Origin: a virus
Taxonomy: Duplodnaviria > Heunggongvirae > Uroviricota > Caudoviricetes
Virus record (IMG/VR): IMGVR_UViG_3300045016_000151
Span: 1 to 18,077 of that record
DNA length: 18,077 nt
Direction: 5' to 3' (one strand)
The position numbers and the translations under genes are program-made. Positions within the stretch are counted from its first letter, which is position 1, and each line of letters opens with the position of its first letter. The notes below the pieces were generated by a model. The model searched no databases. It worked only from the letters and a program-made list of their open reading frames with translations, and was not told the DNA's origin. This document shows, piece by piece, positions 15,254 through 18,077 of this stretch.

Positions 15254-16286
15254 AAAATACTCTAATGAGTACGGGGAAAGATTAGTATTAATAACACCAC
15301 AGTATCAGGGGTGTGCTTGGGACAAGATGAACCTGATATTTCGAAGTTCTATCTGGACCGAAGACGGTTATTTAGTTAGCCCCAGCTTTCCAAAGTTTTT
15401 TAATTGGAATGAAAAAGATAATTTAGTACCGCCTCCGCAGAGTTTAATCAATACTACGGCTGTAGAGAAGATCGACGGTAGTGCATTAATAGTAACTCCT
15501 TACAAAGGACAACTTATCATACGTACACGAGGTACATTTAATGCCGATATTTTTGAGAATTTTGATGAAATCAAGTTTTTCAAAAAAGAGTTTCCCAAGG
15601 CATTTGATTTTTCTGATGAAACATGCACCCGTATATTTGAATGGTATAGTCCAAAAAATAAAATTGTATTGGATTTAGGAAAAACTCCGCGATTGTTCTT
15701 AGTAGGTATAATAAGGCACGAAGACTATAGTTTATACACTCAAGCTTCATTGGACCTCATAGCTCGTCAGCTTGGCGTTGAAAGGCCTGCATCTTTTACT
15801 TTTGAATCTGTAGAGCATTTATTAGAGGAGGTACAAAGATTCGATGGTAAGGAGGGGGTCTGTTTATACTATGATTTGGATCAACACATAAAAAAGATCA
15901 AAGGCGATAAATATTTGGCTGTGCACGCATTTAAAAGCGATCTCAGTATAAATAATTTATTGGAAGCCTATACACTTTATGGTAGACCCAAGTACCAAGA
16001 TTTTTATAATTATATTGCCAATACATATGATTTTGAATGCGCTGAAATAGCTAAAGGAGACATTTCAAGATTATGTGATGCCAATAAGGAAGTTGAAAAA
16101 ATAGTCGAGCATATGAAAGTATTTGCGAATGATTGTAAATTACTGTCTCGAAAAGAAGCCGCGTTAAAGATTACACAAGCCTACGGCAAAACCAGCCGTG
16201 CGGGATTTGTGTTTACATTATTAGACGGCCGGCAGCTCGACGCGGAAGCATACAAAAAACTCTTACATCAGGTGATACCAAAATGA
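15213..16286 (+). CDS. T4 Rnl1-like ATP-dependent RNA ligase
   Basis: FRSSIW...SFPKFFNWNE, motif I EKIDGS, RTRGT, IFEWYSPKNKIV, EGVC, KIKGDKY. Confidence 0.88.
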   Translation: MKATLLIENKDFIKKYSNEYGERLVLITPQYQGCAWDKMNLIFRSSIWTEDGYLVSPSFPKFFNWNEKDNLVPPPQSLINTTAVEKIDGSALIVTPYKGQLIIRTRGTFNADIFENFDEIKFFKKEFPKAFDFSDETCTRIFEWYSPKNKIVLDLGKTPRLFLVGIIRHEDYSLYTQASLDLIARQLGVERPASFTFESVEHLLEEVQRFDGKEGVCLYYDLDQHIKKIKGDKYLAVHAFKSDLSINNLLEAYTLYGRPKYQDFYNYIANTYDFECAEIAKGDISRLCDANKEVEKIVEHMKVFANDCKLLSRKEAALKITQAYGKTSRAGFVFTLLDGRQLDAEAYKKLLHQVIPK

Positions 16287-16690
16287 ATATAAAATTAGGA
16301 TCAAAGATCGTTCCTCGCAAAAATAGTAATAGTCATAACTATGAACTCGGCAAAACATATGAAGTGTATACACATCCAATATCTATGGGTGCGGTCTGTA
16401 CATTTTCAGCAAAAGACCCAGTAACCGGTACAATTGGAAATACTTTACTCAGTACGGACTGCGAACTAGCGATAGTTACTAGAGATGAACTAAAAGAGGA
16501 ACTTGAGCGGTTAGAGAGGGAAATCGACCTTGTTCAGGCGAAACTTGACTGGATGGATGAATTTAATGCAGATACACTTAATCCAGAAGAATTTCGTGTT
16601 TTTCATATATTACAAGAAGCCAATTATACTGGAAAAACGTTACTTGAGCGATCTCGAGCTATAGTGAAGATTCTGAACGAAAATGCCTAA
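16283..16690 (+). CDS. hypothetical protein with coiled-coil segment
   Basis: ATGA-coupled; heptad-like RDELKEELERLEREIDLVQAKL. Confidence 0.7.
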   Translation: MNIKLGSKIVPRKNSNSHNYELGKTYEVYTHPISMGAVCTFSAKDPVTGTIGNTLLSTDCELAIVTRDELKEELERLEREIDLVQAKLDWMDEFNADTLNPEEFRVFHILQEANYTGKTLLERSRAIVKILNENA

Positions 16691-17102
16691 GAAAATATCT
16701 GCCGGTGCCATTATCACTGATGGCACCGTGTTTCTTGTATGCCACGCAACAGGACAGAAAATTTGGGATATTCCCAAAGGTGGTGTTGATCCTAATGAGA
16801 ATTTTCTTGAAGCGTGCATTCGTGAGGTCAAAGAAGAAACTAACTATGATGTACCAGAGACAGCTGTAATCGAGGAACTTGGACAGTTTACATATTTACC
16901 GGCCAAAGATCTCTATTTATTCAAGATCACTGTTGAGCCGTTACCTAATATCGATTATATGAAATGTACGTCGATGGTAAATCTTCCAGACAAACCTCCA
17001 TTTCCCGAGGTTAACGCATTTAAGTATATTTATCCAAGGGTTGCTGATGAATATATATCACAAAATCTAAAACGCACATTAGTAATGGCAGGAGTACTAT
17101 GA
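16683..17102 (+). CDS. Nudix hydrolase
   Basis: Nudix box G-GVDPN-E-NFLEACI-REVKEET preceded by WDIPK; substrate unknown. Confidence 0.92.
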   Translation: MPKKISAGAIITDGTVFLVCHATGQKIWDIPKGGVDPNENFLEACIREVKEETNYDVPETAVIEELGQFTYLPAKDLYLFKITVEPLPNIDYMKCTSMVNLPDKPPFPEVNAFKYIYPRVADEYISQNLKRTLVMAGVL

Positions 17103-17287
17103 AATACTATATGGCTACAATTAAAAGATCTCCATATGCTAAATTGAAGACCGCTTTTATACGCGGCAGCTTAAGCGATTTTATATGTGTAGAACACAAA
17201 CTAGGCAAAAATACGGTAATGCTTTATCATATAGAAATTACTGAAGATGAATATGATACAGGAGTAAGAGTATTTAGAAATTCATGA
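17099..17287 (+). CDS. hypothetical protein, 62 aa
   Basis: ATGA-coupled ORF. Confidence 0.6.
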   Translation: MKYYMATIKRSPYAKLKTAFIRGSLSDFICVEHKLGKNTVMLYHIEITEDEYDTGVRVFRNS

Positions 17288-17290
17288 CCA

Positions 17291-18007
17291 ATGGAATTAA
17301 TAACACTATACACATGTAAAATAGGTTCACACGCTTATGGATTGGCTACACCAGAATCCGATTTAGATCTTCGCGGAGTTGTTGTACCAAATGATCTATC
17401 ATATTTTTTTGGTTTAAATTTCTTTGAACAAGAAATATACAAAGATCAGGAAGATCATGTTGCCTGGAATTTACAAAAATTTGCAAAACTCGCGGCCGCA
17501 GCTAATACACAAATGCTTGAAATGTTATTTAGTAGCGAAGAGCACATTATAACACTTCATCCATTATTTAATAAATATTTTTTAAAGAATCGTGATAAAT
17601 TCTTAACAAATAAAATTTATGACGTCATTAATGGTTATGCTGGCAGCGAATATCGAAAAGCCTTAGGAGAATCATCTCGAGATCTTGGTGCAGTACGCAA
17701 AGAAGATATAAATAACTTTGGTTACTCATGTCGTAATGCATCTCATTGTGTACGGCTACTTTATGCCGCCACGCATGCGCTGAGCACCGGAGTCTTTCCA
17801 GTCATGCTTCCAAAGGATATAAGAAACACATGTATGCAGTTAAAAAGAGGTGTAAGTACACTAAGCGAGTTTAAAATTGCTTATGAGTTTTGGACTGTTA
17901 TGCTTTTTGAAGCAAAATTAAGAAGCGTGCTTAAAGATGAGTTCGATTATAATTGGTTAAATCAAATGTTGGTAAATATACATAAGGACTTATTATGCAA
18001 AAATTAA
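17291..18007 (+). CDS. Pol-beta superfamily nucleotidyltransferase (RlaP-like, RNA-ligase-associated)
   Basis: GSHAYGLATPESDLDLRGV (GS...DxD), NTQMLEML, helical C-terminal lobe. Confidence 0.85.
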   Translation: MELITLYTCKIGSHAYGLATPESDLDLRGVVVPNDLSYFFGLNFFEQEIYKDQEDHVAWNLQKFAKLAAAANTQMLEMLFSSEEHIITLHPLFNKYFLKNRDKFLTNKIYDVINGYAGSEYRKALGESSRDLGAVRKEDINNFGYSCRNASHCVRLLYAATHALSTGVFPVMLPKDIRNTCMQLKRGVSTLSEFKIAYEFWTVMLFEAKLRSVLKDEFDYNWLNQMLVNIHKDLLCKN

Positions 18008-18077
18008 TTATATGCCGAGGATTACCTGCGAGCGGCAAATCAACTTGGGCTAAAAAATACGCCGCAGATCACAGCGG
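17995..18077 (+). CDS. 3'-truncated P-loop kinase, T4 polynucleotide kinase (PseT)/AAA_33-like N-terminus, not in ORF track
   Basis: ATG 17995 gives MQKLIICRGLPASGKSTWAKKYAADHS..., with Walker A GLPASGKST followed by W as in T4 PNK (GCPGSGKSTW). Overlaps the upstream gene by 13 nt. Confidence 0.8.
   Translation, partial: MQKLIICRGLPASGKSTWAKKYAADHS

Noticed and set aside
586-16831. All minus-strand ORFs in the track (586-849, 1380-1580, 2606-2800, 4799-4987, 4864-5112, 5300-5500, 6642-6923, 7901-8086, 11087-11296, 13499-13726, 16640-16831)
   Set aside because: Each lies antisense to well-supported + strand genes, has no motif, and breaks the uniform strand pattern; treated as shadow ORFs.
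18012-18053. Short ORF from ATG 18012 (MPRITCERQINLG*)
   Set aside because: Out of frame with the P-loop kinase ORF starting at 17995, which explains the region far better.
1-18077. Stop-codon reassignment (code 4/15) as seen in some large phages
   Set aside because: Recognisable enzymes are full length under the standard code, and TGA/TAA/TAG stops coincide with coupled starts of the next gene.
1-18077. CRISPR array, tRNA, rRNA, intron, intein, homing endonuclease or transposase
   Set aside because: No repeat-spacer periodicity, cloverleaf or relevant motifs were seen; intergenic space is too small and the enzyme ORFs show no large insertions.

Overview
AT-rich (roughly 35-40% GC by eye), almost gap-free window with every credible gene on the + strand. 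About 20 junctions are ATGA/TAATG-type stop-start overlaps and many genes are short hypotheticals. This looks like the non-structural accessory region of a large (jumbo-type) phage or related element; that origin is inferred, since no structural or replication hallmark gene is in view. Recognisable content falls into four groups. (1) NAD+/ADP-ribose genes: a WGR-helical-catalytic PARP with H-Y-E triad, NH3-dependent NAD synthetase NadE, a macrodomain-like protein, a long-form nicotinamidase and a Nudix hydrolase. (2) A nicotinamidase-vWA-PP2C-Ser/Thr kinase block resembling the TerY-P/YegLKI triad. (3) RNA end-repair genes: a DRB0094/Rnl5-type ligase, a T4 Rnl1-type ligase, an RlaP-like Pol-beta nucleotidyltransferase, and a PNK-like P-loop kinase at the right edge that the ORF track misses. 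(4) A ClpP-like protease and an RNase HI. I also found several small ORFs absent from the track, and a hairpin in each of the three larger intergenic gaps. No tRNA, rRNA, CRISPR array, integrase or transposase was seen. All family calls come from motif recognition by eye, not database searches.
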